From: Diplonema japonicum
Lineage: Eukaryota; Protista; Euglenozoa: Diplonemea
DNA length: 64,000 nt
NCBI GenBank assembly: GCA_964019335.1
Contig: OZ025649.1
Coordinates: 496,001 to 560,000, forward strand
Direction: 5' to 3'
Shown piece after piece: positions 1 through 10,163 of this stretch. The notes beneath the pieces were generated by a model. It was not told the origin of the DNA. It saw nothing but the letters and a program-made list of their open reading frames with translations, and did no database searches. Within the stretch, counting starts at the first letter, position 1. Each line of letters begins with the position of its first letter. The position numbers and the translations under genes were made by a program.

Positions 1-38
1 TCCGTCCGACATTATTCGTTTTACAGTATATAAATAAA

Positions 39-3000
39 ATGAGCCTCAATACAACAGCAACCATCGATATAGAAGGCTTCGAAGGTGTGATGATGCTTCT
101 AGGCTTTTTAACATCGGAGGGGCTCGTCCTTGGCGAGATGCTACTCGGTATGAGTGCTGCATCGGAACCCGTTAGCGTACTGTACAGAGCAATAGGAGTA
201 TATGGAGTTTGTGGGTTAGGATGGCTGTCGCTAGGGTATGGCATTGCAAGAGGGCATAATGGGGAAGTGATGGGGGTTAGTGAGGTGTTTTTGTCATCTA
301 ATGGGCCTCCTGCCGCAGCGGAGTATTTAAGTTTTCTTGTTTCGTTCTCAGCAGTTTCATATTCCGCTGCCATCTTGAGCAGTGCTTGCGTCGATCGCAC
401 AAGTATCGCCTCCCTCTTCCCATCCGTCTTCTTTTACTCCATATTCGTTTTTCCTACACTGCTTCTGTGGACCTCAGGCCCCAACGGTTGGCTCAAAAAC
501 ATATTTGATACCTCCTTCCTCGATTATAGCCACGCAGCAGTCATTCATATTGCGAGTGGGATGTGTTGTTTGATTATTTCTTGGCTCTCTGGTCCTCGAA
601 TCCTCCCCGGCACTATTGATATCTTCTCCGAGCAAGGGCAGCAGATCTCCCACTCTCTCTCAAGCTGCTACTACAGCTCCTTCGCCAATTTATTTATATG
701 GAGCAGCTGGCCCACTTGGGGCCTTTCGAACAACCCCGAAACCTCTTTCCTCAACTTTTTCATCAGCACTTCTCTCTCCTGTTCTTCATCAGTCTGCTGT
801 TGCTGCATCTTGTCCTTCGTGGACGCCGGTAACTACAACCTGTACCGTTTACAGCGGTCTGTGGTTTCGGGCCTTGTCGCAATACAATCCTCTAGTGCGT
901 TTATCCCTTTTGAGTTCTCGCCTGTGGTGGGTGCCCTGAGCTGCCTCGTTTTCCACGTGCTGTCTGCAGTTTTCAAGAAATGGCGTTTTGATGACGTTCT
1001 TGATGTAGTTGCCGTGCACGGTGGCTGTGGGGTGCTGGGCGTTGTGTGTGCAGGGCTGTTTGCTGATGGGCAGCTTGTTGAAAAGACGCTTGGCAAACCT
1101 TCTGACGGAGGGCTTACGAGTGGGAACCCTGTGCAGCTGGGGGTACAATTGTTGGGTCTATGCGTCCTAGTGGCGTGGGTGGGGGTCAGCTTCGGTGTTT
1201 TCGCAAAGCTGCTTGACAAGGTAGTCCCTTTCAAGCAGAGCGACCTGGTTCTCCGCAGGGGCGTTGACATCGACAACCATCACACAAGTGGCTACGCTGC
1301 CATGGTGAAGGCGGAGCGGGAGTTCCACGACGGCTTGAGCATCATAGGGAAGATGGAAAACTTCCTCGACGCTCTCATCGATTTCAACACAGACTCGGCC
1401 CAAGAACTCCTCACGTCCTGCAACACCAGTGGCCTTCAAGAGCTGCTGAACACAACGAAATACTACACGAACTACGTCCCACAACATTTGTTGAACAACA
1501 CACGTACGTGTCACCTGGTAGAGCCGCCTAAAGGGATGGGATGCATTGTGCAAACCGACATCCAATCATCCACATTGCTGTGGAGCTTCACAACTGAAAT
1601 GGCACAAGCGCTGCGGAAGCACAACAAGGTAATGCGCAGCGTAATCCAAGAATTCGAGGGGTACGAGGTGAAGACCATCGGGGACAGCTTCATCATTTGC
1701 TTCAGCACGGCATCCCAGGCGGTCAGGTTTTGCCTGAAAGCGCAAATGAGACTCCTCGAAACACGATGGCCACCGCTTGTCATGCAACACGAGGAGTGCA
1801 CAGCTGTGTTTTCTCCGGATGGGAAATTGGTTTCCGGCGGGCTTGGTGTACGCATGGGTGTTCACAAGGGCGAGGTGACACCAGAGTGCGATGCATTCTC
1901 AAACAGAGCCGAGTATTTCGGTGTAGTACCCAGAACCGCATCTGAAATGGAGCATCTCAGCACCGGAGGATTCATAATCATCACGGAAGACGTGTACGAT
2001 GAGGTAAAGGGCTTACGTGAAGTCACAGATGCCAACTGCAGAATTCTAAACTCAGTTGATAAGCGGTACTCAAAGAACATATTCGGCCTTATGCCCCTCG
2101 AGCTTGCCAGCAACTTCAAGGGCATGCTAGAACGGTTAAGCGTACGGTGGAAATCTGCACAGAAAGTGATGACCACCGACAAGCTGTCACATAAAGCGAC
2201 CATCGTAGCCATAAGGTCTAGGAACATGGAACTCTGCAGTTTGGGCTTTCTCGCCAACTTGGAGAACATAGTCAGCATACACGATGGTGTTGTCAATCAG
2301 GTGTTCGGGTCCACTCTGATGCTGTCGTACAATACTATGAAGCCGAACGGAAACCATCTTGAGAGTGCTTTCAGGTATGTTGTGTGCCCGACACCTGACC
2401 GAAAATAAATAGATCTCTTGGGAATATTTCGTTGGATCTTACCACAGAAGGTACCAATGCGGGGGTCTCGGTAGGCCCAGTCAGCTCTCGTATGACTCAT
2501 TTTCTTTCAGACTCCCGACAGTGCGCCATAAGGGGAAGTTTTCCACGCTCTTTGGCGATGCGTATGAGATGGCGTGGGCCCTTGCAGGTTACGCGCAGAA
2601 CGTCGAAGCGTACGCATTGTATTGCGACTTCGGCAGCGAGATGCGATTGCTGAAAGGACACGAGTTCTTGCTCAGCCTACTCGTTCACGTTGATACTTGG
2701 GACTTCCTGAACATAGGCACAGTGCCCATCTACCTAGCGGAAGCGACGAGCTTGCAATTCTATTATGACACCGGAAGAGCCGTTCTGTATTCTGACAAAA
2801 AAGATGCGGCACCATATAGTGAATTTCTCGAAACCGGGAACCGGTGCGATCTCCCAAGGTATGTGTGTTGTACCGCATCCCATAAACGCGCAGAGCTGAC
2901 AAAGGGGAAACCACTTTGTGCAATGTAATGACCTCTGTTTCAAGCCTGCATAGAGAACAAAGCTACCGCCCCTTCACGAAGAGAGCATTCTGTTCAAGCC

Positions 3001-3071
3001 CTGGAAGCCCAATGCCGCTTACCTTAGATGCAAGCTTAGATGCAAGCTCGTCTTTCCAGGCGTACTATTAG
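39..3071 (+). CDS. Ammonium transporter (Amt/Mep) domain fused to a class III adenylyl/guanylyl cyclase domain and a second degenerate cyclase domain; join(39..2374,2413..2489,2522..2858,2894..3071)
   Basis: Amt motifs DYSHAAVIHIASG, LSGPR and DDVLDVVAVHGGCGVLG lie in a multi-TM region. Cyclase motifs are IVQTDIQSST, GYEVKTIGDSF and VRMGVHKG. Three GT-AG introns (38, 32, 35 nt) join ORFs 39, 2432 and 2521 in frame through to TAG at 3069-3071. Confidence 0.85.
3023..3046 (+). repeat. 12-bp tandem duplication (CTTAGATGCAAG x2) in the last exon, encoding LDAS-LDAS
   Basis: Read directly from the sequence. Confidence 0.8.
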
Positions 3072-3131
3072 TTAGGTATCCTAATATGTTTTTTCCTTCT
3101 TGTTCTATTCATTATCTACGTTCATTGCAAC

Positions 3132-4749
3132 ATGATAACATTAACAGGAAAGATGGACGACGCACGGGCTGCTGCCATTTTGCAGCGGGCGTGGAAATGT
3201 TCTATGGCGCGTGAGGTGTATTACGACAAGCGAGAGGCCAGAGCAGAGTGTGTACTTGCGGAAATGGAGCATTCTGAAAAGGAAGAACTAGAAGAAGGGG
3301 TCCGCAGGATCAGCGAATGGTGGGTGGCTGTGGTGCGCAACAAACGAGCAGAGCGCGAGCAGGGTCAAGAGAACGTATCCAGCGTGCAAGGAACCACGGT
3401 CACACCGAGTATACAGGCAAGCTCAGGGACTAAGACAAAACGTCTGGATTCACCAAGAACTCACCAACGGCATTTAAAAGAGCAACAAGAGGCAGAAGGA
3501 GAACGGAGAAAAGAAGAAAAGCGGAAGGAACGCATTGCTGCGCGAAGACTTCGAGAGCTGCAGGTTAAGAGGCGAGAGGAAAGACAGCACGAAGAGAAGC
3601 AGCAAGACCCCAAAACAGAACAAGAAAAAGATGAAGCGGCGGAAAAACTGATGCGGCAGCTTATCGAGCAGAAGATGCTTGAAGAGGAGAGATACCGACT
3701 GCGCAAGGAAGACGAGAAAAGAAGGAAAAAGAAAAAGAAACTGCTGGAGGAGAAAAAAAAACAGGAATACCTCGATCTGGAGAACCTGCTGGTGAAAGAA
3801 AGGGTACAAATGGAGCAGAACCAAGAACAGAAAAAACACGATGCAAGGGTAAGACGGTTGGAAGCAATGCAAGAAAGGCAAAGGGAGAAGGAGCTTGCAG
3901 AAGTGAGGCGCAATCAGGAGCTTCATAAGGTGATGAAGAACAAACCACTCCACATCTTGATGGAAGAAAGAGCAGCGCAAGCAAGAGCGGAAGAGGAAGA
4001 AAGCAGAATCAACAGGTTGAAGGAAGTGAGACAAGCTATAAAGAACGGCGACTCGCAAAGCACAGGCAGCAGCGAGAAAAGATATTTTGTCGGAAAGACC
4101 CACGCGGCGGTTACCGGTGAGATCAAAGAGCTTAGGAACGCAAGGAAGACGAAGCTGGAAGAAATCGACTTAAGGAGGCGGAAAATGCATAATTTTTCCG
4201 AACTTGTGAAAGTGATGTACCAGCCAAAACAAGCTTCCCCAGTTCGGCCAGTCACAGAGACCGGTTTCAACAAATCTCCTCTCCCACCGCTTGTCCCCCG
4301 TGCTGGATCTGCGGAGCCACCAGGGCCTGACAGGCGTGCTATTGGGAACAACTACATGAAAGCGGCGAATGAGAAGGCACTGAAGCACCCGAAGGCGGAT
4401 GCTCCTCCTCAAGAAGCAGCTACCCCCTTAAAGCCTGTGAAGTTGGAGAGGGACAAGATCGGCGACAAGTACCTTCAAGACGCCAAGAGGTACACTAAGC
4501 CGCTGTCCCAGTGCAACAAGGCCATCGATGATGTAGAGCGTGCTAGACAGCTGAAGGAACTCCGGAAGAAGGCAAACAAACTGTCGGCCCACCTTGCAGT
4601 TTCTCCCATGAAAGGGAAAGGGATGGAGGTGTGAGGGGGGAAATCTATTTATTTTACAAAATTTTCAACAGGAAGAACAAGTCGTTAACCAGCAGTACTT
4701 CGAAGCTGTTGCTGCGAAGATGGATCTTCTGCTTGCATTGGGAAATTGA
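3132..4749 (+). CDS. Charged coiled-coil protein with an N-terminal IQ-like motif; join(3132..4628,4672..4749); start could be 3153
   Basis: AAAILQRAWK motif and long E/K/R-rich helices. A 43-nt intron (GTGTGA..CAACAG) gives the C-terminus EEQVVNQQYFEAVAAKMDLLLALGN*. Confidence 0.75.
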
Positions 4750-5375
4750 ATTTGAAAATGGAAAAAAAAGATTTTTACCACCGTTTTGTCACCCCCCCCC
4801 CTTTTTTTTGAATTCGCTGCTTTCTTTCTTTTTTTTTTTTATAGTATTTTTCGTTTTGTTTTCCTCTAGTTTCCCTTGCTGTCTTTCTCCTTTTTTTTTC
4901 TTCTCATTTTTTTTTTCCGCAATGTAAACTCTTTATTTTTTCTTTGGGTGGCGGTAAGGAGTTGCTGCTACCACGGGCGGACGGGTGAAACAGAAAAATA
5001 GAAGATTTGGTATGATGACTAAGCACAATGTGGTGTTCATGCATCAGCCTGATAAAGAGGTTTACAGTTTCTTTCTTCTTTTTAGCGGGAGGGCAAAGAA
5101 GAAAATGTACAGCTACTCCCGCCCTGCACTTCCCTTTTTTCATAAAAAAGGGCCCTAGCAATAGGATTTGCTGTGCTGGCACCCACTCCCCCTTCTGAAC
5201 TACTTGTACGCATCTGTTACTTCAGTGAGATCTACCTTTTTTTTTTTTTTTTTTTTATATTCCTCTTCATGTCAGTCTCTTTTTTTTTTCTCCTTCTTTA
5301 AATCGTTTTCAATCCGCCTCCTTGAGGCTTTACAAAAAGTTGGCATGAAGAAGTTACGGGGAAAAAAAAAAAAGG

Positions 5376-5412
<37 letters not shown>

Positions 5413-5654
5413 CCGAAGAGGAAAGACGAATAAGTAAATCGTAGTCGGCTCAAAAGAAAATATCACACCAGTTTTTTTATTTTTATTTTGTTTTTTGTTT
5501 TGGTGCGATTACTTTTTTTTTCTTCTTCTTCCATCCCCCCTGTCCATCCACCCTGCCCTTGTTTTTTTTTTTTTATTCAGTCCACCTTCAAAAAAACTTC
5601 GCACTAACGGCGCACTATCTTAAAAAAAAAAAAGGAAAGGGCAGGGCAGAGGAG

Positions 5655-7172
5655 ATGCTTCCCGTTGTAGTGTCAGCAATGATGGTAGCATCTGTGAATG
5701 TGTGCCCGGGTGCTTTTGTACCACCTGCAGCACCGTTGTTGCACAGCAAGCGTGAAACCGATTTCGAAGGCGTGCCTGTACCTGTGGAGGTGAACGTATT
5801 GAACACGATAATAAACAAACTGCCACAGCACCGAATGGTAGGTGTGGACATGTCTATGAACACAGCCCCATGTGGTGCGAACGCTGCAGATTTCACAAAC
5901 CCCGATTTTAAATTCCTCGTTTCCCAGCTCGCTGGAGGGCTCATTCGCTACAGCGGTTCAGCCACCTCAGTAACCGTTTACAACGTCTCAGAAAACGCCT
6001 GCTCACCCTACAACATGAGCAAAACGCAGCCCAGCGGTCTGTATTACTGTCCTGCTGTTGTAGAAAAGCCCGTCTGCCTCTCTGTACCCAGATGGCAAGC
6101 TATGAATCATTTCGCGTCGTCGGCCGGTCTAGAAGTCGTTCTCGGGCTTAACGGCTGCTGGCTCCGCAATTCATCCACAACCTCCATCTCGTGGAACGGC
6201 ATCGAAGGGCTGCTCTCCACAACAGCATCTGCCTCATGGTCGGCACTACACGCTGTTGAGTTCGGCGATCTGATCACCTCAAAGGTCACCTCAACACAGT
6301 ATTCAAGGGACCTGAACACCTTGAAAGGATACATTTCACAGTATTGGAAACAATCCCCACCAGGCATCATCGCACCTGATCAGATCCCTGCTGATGTGAA
6401 CACATCGTACTTGACACGAGTCGCGAAAAGCACGCAACTGGAAGCTCTCTCAGTACACCTGTTCTACACACAGTGCTTAGATGGGGGTTCACAGGTCCTA
6501 AACGTATCATGCGTCGAAGGATTGGATTATAAAAGAATCCCTCCGTTAAAATCGGCTGCTGCAGCGGGGAACGCATCGCTTTACAGTACACAAACAGCCT
6601 TTTCCGACGACTTAAGACCGGACAAAACCCTCAATGATTTTTCAATGATGTTCTGGTACGCCGGGACCATGGGACGCTTGGCAGCAATGGGCGTTGGGTG
6701 GGTTGGGTACCGAGACCTTCTTGGTAAGAAAGGCGCTTTGATATCATCTATCGACACGACACCTGGACATGGGTATTGGTTTCTACTCCTGTGGAACTAC
6801 ATAGTAGGGACAGAGGTTTTTGAAACCCACTTGACTTGCAACAACAACAACCCTGTTTGTTTGGAGAGCTTCAGAGGCTACGCTTTGTCTGGTAAGGGCG
6901 GCGGTGGGAAAGTACTATTCATGCTAAATTATCATACCGCACAGTCCTTCAACGTTACTTGTTCGTGGGGTGGAATATCCGCAACTTCTATGGACATGTT
7001 CCAGCTTACGGGATCCGCCTCCGACCCTGTTCTATCCTTAAATGGAGCTCCTCTTGTCTACACCGGTAAAGGCATCAGTGGTTTCCCTTTGATCACCCCC
7101 ACGATCTTGCAGCCAACTGACACAATTATCCTCCCTGCGCAGTCCATCACTTTCCTGATCAGAAATATTTGA
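5655..7172 (+). CDS. Secreted GH79 (heparanase/beta-glucuronidase)-like protein, probably catalytically degenerate
   Basis: Signal-like N-terminus; LIRYSGS, CLSVPRWQAMNHFA..GLEVVLGLN, FWYAGTMGRLA, PGHGYWFLLLWNYIVGTEV and FRGYA match GH79 architecture. Confidence 0.8.
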   Translation: MLPVVVSAMMVASVNVCPGAFVPPAAPLLHSKRETDFEGVPVPVEVNVLNTIINKLPQHRMVGVDMSMNTAPCGANAADFTNPDFKFLVSQLAGGLIRYSGSATSVTVYNVSENACSPYNMSKTQPSGLYYCPAVVEKPVCLSVPRWQAMNHFASSAGLEVVLGLNGCWLRNSSTTSISWNGIEGLLSTTASASWSALHAVEFGDLITSKVTSTQYSRDLNTLKGYISQYWKQSPPGIIAPDQIPADVNTSYLTRVAKSTQLEALSVHLFYTQCLDGGSQVLNVSCVEGLDYKRIPPLKSAAAAGNASLYSTQTAFSDDLRPDKTLNDFSMMFWYAGTMGRLAAMGVGWVGYRDLLGKKGALISSIDTTPGHGYWFLLLWNYIVGTEVFETHLTCNNNNPVCLESFRGYALSGKGGGGKVLFMLNYHTAQSFNVTCSWGGISATSMDMFQLTGSASDPVLSLNGAPLVYTGKGISGFPLITPTILQPTDTIILPAQSITFLIRNI

Positions 7173-7743
7173 AAGGATCATATATTTTGCCTGTTGAACG
7201 TGTTCCCCCTTTTTTTGGGAAGCTTTATTCCCATTTCTTTTCTTCGAGCCGATCGTCACGTGTGTGTAATATTTTTTTTTTTTTAAATAAACATATCGTT
7301 TCTCCCTCTTTTTTTTTTTTTTATGGGAGGGGAGACCAATGCGATACCTGATGGTAGCATTCACAACTCACGACCCTGTGACTCTGTGACCCTGCTCCAA
7401 AGAACTGGGCGCGAGCTCCATGCCACCAAAGCCATTAGATCCGATATGTGGCTGCATATTCGATGCCCCCTTTGTCTCCGCTGGGAAGATGGATGTCTAA
7501 AATCCTAAAAAGTCAACCTAAAAACCTTTTAAGTTGCAAGGTTGTGTTTAGGGGGGGGGGGAAAGAAAAAAAGGAAAAAAAAAAAAAAAAAAACGAAAAC
7601 GCCGTCAAAACAATTACTTTGCAAACACACCTCTCCCCCCCGCTTCTCTTAACGGAAAGAAGAAAAAAAAAAGCCAATATCTTTCATTCAGGCCATGGAC
7701 ATTTTTTTTTAAAAACCCATTAAGAAAAAAAAAAAAAAAAAAA

Positions 7744-8430
7744 ATGCCTTTTGGCGACTCAACTGGTGGTACCGCTGCCACAAGGATTAAGCAGCTCTCA
7801 CCAGCTGATAGCATGAAAATACGTGAAAAACAGCAAGGGTCTGGAAAGGCAAAGGTGATACAAATAGACTATGAGACGTTTCAAAAGGAAAACGCGGTAT
7901 TTCGAGATGCCGGCCCGCAGGACACCAGCGATGGACAGCTGATGATGGCGGTGAGGAACACTATGCAGATGAAGGCCCGTGACGAACGAAAATGCTTCAA
8001 CACTATGCTAATCAGTAAGATGGGGTCGAATCAACACGAGGAGCTTAAAAGAAGCAGGGTTTCCGTGAAGGATTTTTTAGACCAGCTAGAAAAGTGGAAG
8101 CTTGCCTTCAACAGAGACCAATTGCAGACCATCTTGCAAACATATGAAAACACGCCAAATGAGGGTCTAGACTTCAGCGACTTCTGCGATATCGCAGCGG
8201 GTGAGGAACCTTCTCACTCCACAACACGGCGCTTTGAACACACACAGCAGCTTGAAGTACAAAAGGCGAAACCGCTCTCTCGATCTGCTGCCTCAAATGT
8301 CCTCAGTTGCACTTCCGCCTCTGTTCCCTCAGGCAAGTACTCTACCTATGACAAGACTATCCCGCTCTACGGGTGTGGCAATGGGCTGGACATCAACACG
8401 GACGGGACCAACAACGGTTATTTCAACTAA
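7744..8430 (+). CDS. Hypothetical protein with degenerate EF-hand-like motifs
   Basis: 228-aa ORF starting after a poly-A leader; RVSVKDFLDQL and YENTPNEGLDFSDFCDI resemble an EF-hand pair. Confidence 0.65.
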   Translation: MPFGDSTGGTAATRIKQLSPADSMKIREKQQGSGKAKVIQIDYETFQKENAVFRDAGPQDTSDGQLMMAVRNTMQMKARDERKCFNTMLISKMGSNQHEELKRSRVSVKDFLDQLEKWKLAFNRDQLQTILQTYENTPNEGLDFSDFCDIAAGEEPSHSTTRRFEHTQQLEVQKAKPLSRSAASNVLSCTSASVPSGKYSTYDKTIPLYGCGNGLDINTDGTNNGYFN

Positions 8431-8563
8431 AGAGGTTATTATAAATAGAAGGAAAAAAAAAGAAAAGAAGAAGAAACCAAAAAAAAAAAACAAAATAAAA
8501 CCAATAACAAGAAAGCGTTTACACGTTTTTTTTCCCCCCCCTCCGCGTCCTTCCTTTCTCCCA

Positions 8564-8594
<31 letters not shown>

Positions 8595-8644
8595 CCGCCA
8601 GAAAAAAAAAAAAAAGTCGGGAGGGGGAGCGGGGAAAAAAAGAA

Positions 8645-9526
8645 ATGATAGCGAGGCTCGAGCTCCTCCAAAAGGCGTTGATCGCCGAGCGAAGCGGGAG
8701 GCACCGTCAGATGGTGGCGCTCATGAGGGAGGTGGCTGAGATGAACGTGGCGCTCTCACTGGAAGAGCGAGAGACGCTTATGGTGGCTTACCACAAATTG
8801 TTGAATGAAAAGACCAAAGCGCACAGCAAACTAAGAGAATGCATCCGAGAAGCAAACCCAACTGAAGAGGTTCTCAAAAGCCTGGAGACCCTCCAAAACA
8901 CCATGAAAAAGGAAGTGACCAACATCTGTGCCGAAGTCACAGGTCTGATAGCCAGACACATACTACCATCGGCAACAACACCTGAAAGCGAGGTGTTGTA
9001 CAAGAAATGGCATGCAGACACATTAAGAGTAGCCGTGAGATACGCAGAGAATGAAGCAGCTGGGGCAGAACTCGAGGAAGCGTCAAAAAACATGTACAAA
9101 ATGGCAGTGCAGGAGGCCGTGATGGAGCTCCCGCCTACAAATGTTATAAGATTGACGCTGGCCTTGAATTATGCTACTTTCCGAGCAGAGGTGCTTAATG
9201 ATGTTCTTGGTGCGGTGGAGCTTTCTGACAGTGCCATCGAAGACGCCTCTGCGGAGTGGACTGGGAAGCGATCAAAGGCAGCAGACCAAGCTGCTACAGT
9301 CATCCACCTCCTTCATCAGAACACGTTGTTTTGGTCCACTGCCGCCAATAAGCTGAGCCACCTCGACCCTGCTTCAGTGTTGCTCTCTGATTCAGAGGCC
9401 TGCAGCTCTATAGACGACCACATGTCTCCCATCGTCTCACCTGCCAAACACCCGTTACCCCCTTCAGACGGGGATCTCCGTTCAATGTTGGAGCATGTTG
9501 TAAGCAGGAAGATGGACTTTAAGTGA
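8645..9526 (+). CDS. Divergent 14-3-3 family protein
   Basis: LSLEERETLMVAY, EVTNICAEVTGLI..HILPSA, LPPTNVIRLTLALNYATF and IHLLHQNTLFWS match the 14-3-3 helices. ATG 8645 follows a homopolymer leader. Confidence 0.85.
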   Translation: MIARLELLQKALIAERSGRHRQMVALMREVAEMNVALSLEERETLMVAYHKLLNEKTKAHSKLRECIREANPTEEVLKSLETLQNTMKKEVTNICAEVTGLIARHILPSATTPESEVLYKKWHADTLRVAVRYAENEAAGAELEEASKNMYKMAVQEAVMELPPTNVIRLTLALNYATFRAEVLNDVLGAVELSDSAIEDASAEWTGKRSKAADQAATVIHLLHQNTLFWSTAANKLSHLDPASVLLSDSEACSSIDDHMSPIVSPAKHPLPPSDGDLRSMLEHVVSRKMDFK

Positions 9527-9621
9527 TGTGCTTGCATTTTTTTTTGTTTCCTTTTTTATTTCTTTCTCTCGCTCTCCTAACTCACAGAGACTTTTAAAAA
9601 AAAAAAAAAATAATAATAAAT

Positions 9622-9937
9622 ATGTTCAGACAAACGGCGTTGCGGTTGTGCGGGTACCGTGCCAGGTTTGCGATTTTTTTTCTCTCTCTTTTCTTTGGCT
9701 TTTCTTTACGAAGGGGGGGGGGAAAAAATACCCTTCAGGTTCGAACAATTGAAAGCAGACCCCAACACTGTGCTCGGTGGCCCCAGTTATGGGTACCTCC
9801 AAAGTCAGTTGGACCAGTACTGCGGGCTGTTGAATAAGTACGGTGGGAAGCAGACGGAGATGGAGAGGGTGAAGAAGCTTGGGAGACAGCTCGGGTTCGA
9901 ATTCACAAAGGGTAAAACGAGGCAAAAGCCAGAATAG
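9622..9937 (+). CDS. Small (about 80 aa) probable mitochondrial protein; join(9622..9665,9739..9937)
   Basis: MFRQTALRLC presequence-like start. A 73-nt GTTTGC..TTCAG intron joins two ORF-track frames: ..GYRARFEQLKADPN.. Confidence 0.7.
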
Positions 9938-10163
9938 TAGAAACCCGTTACAAAAAAAAAAAAAAAAAAAAAAAAAGCACCCGTTTCTACCTACCTTCGT
10001 TAGTTCTTCCCTTTTTCTTTATCACATGATTATACCCCTCCCTTACTGTGTCCCTTTTTTTTCTGTTCTCTTCCGGCGAATCTGGAAACAAGAGAAAAAG
10101 GAAGTGTTATTCAAAAAACCAGCAGTCCTTTACGCACACCACCAAGCGACAGGGAAGGCCTTT

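Noticed and set aside
5559-5654. N-terminal extensions in the ORF track (also 8201, 9879, 14064, 19859, 36127, 41862)
   Set aside because: They start at non-ATG codons and run through homopolymer leaders; downstream ATGs were used instead.
7323-7508. 61-aa ORF in a small complex island
   Set aside because: No recognisable motif or convincing splice model; left unannotated.
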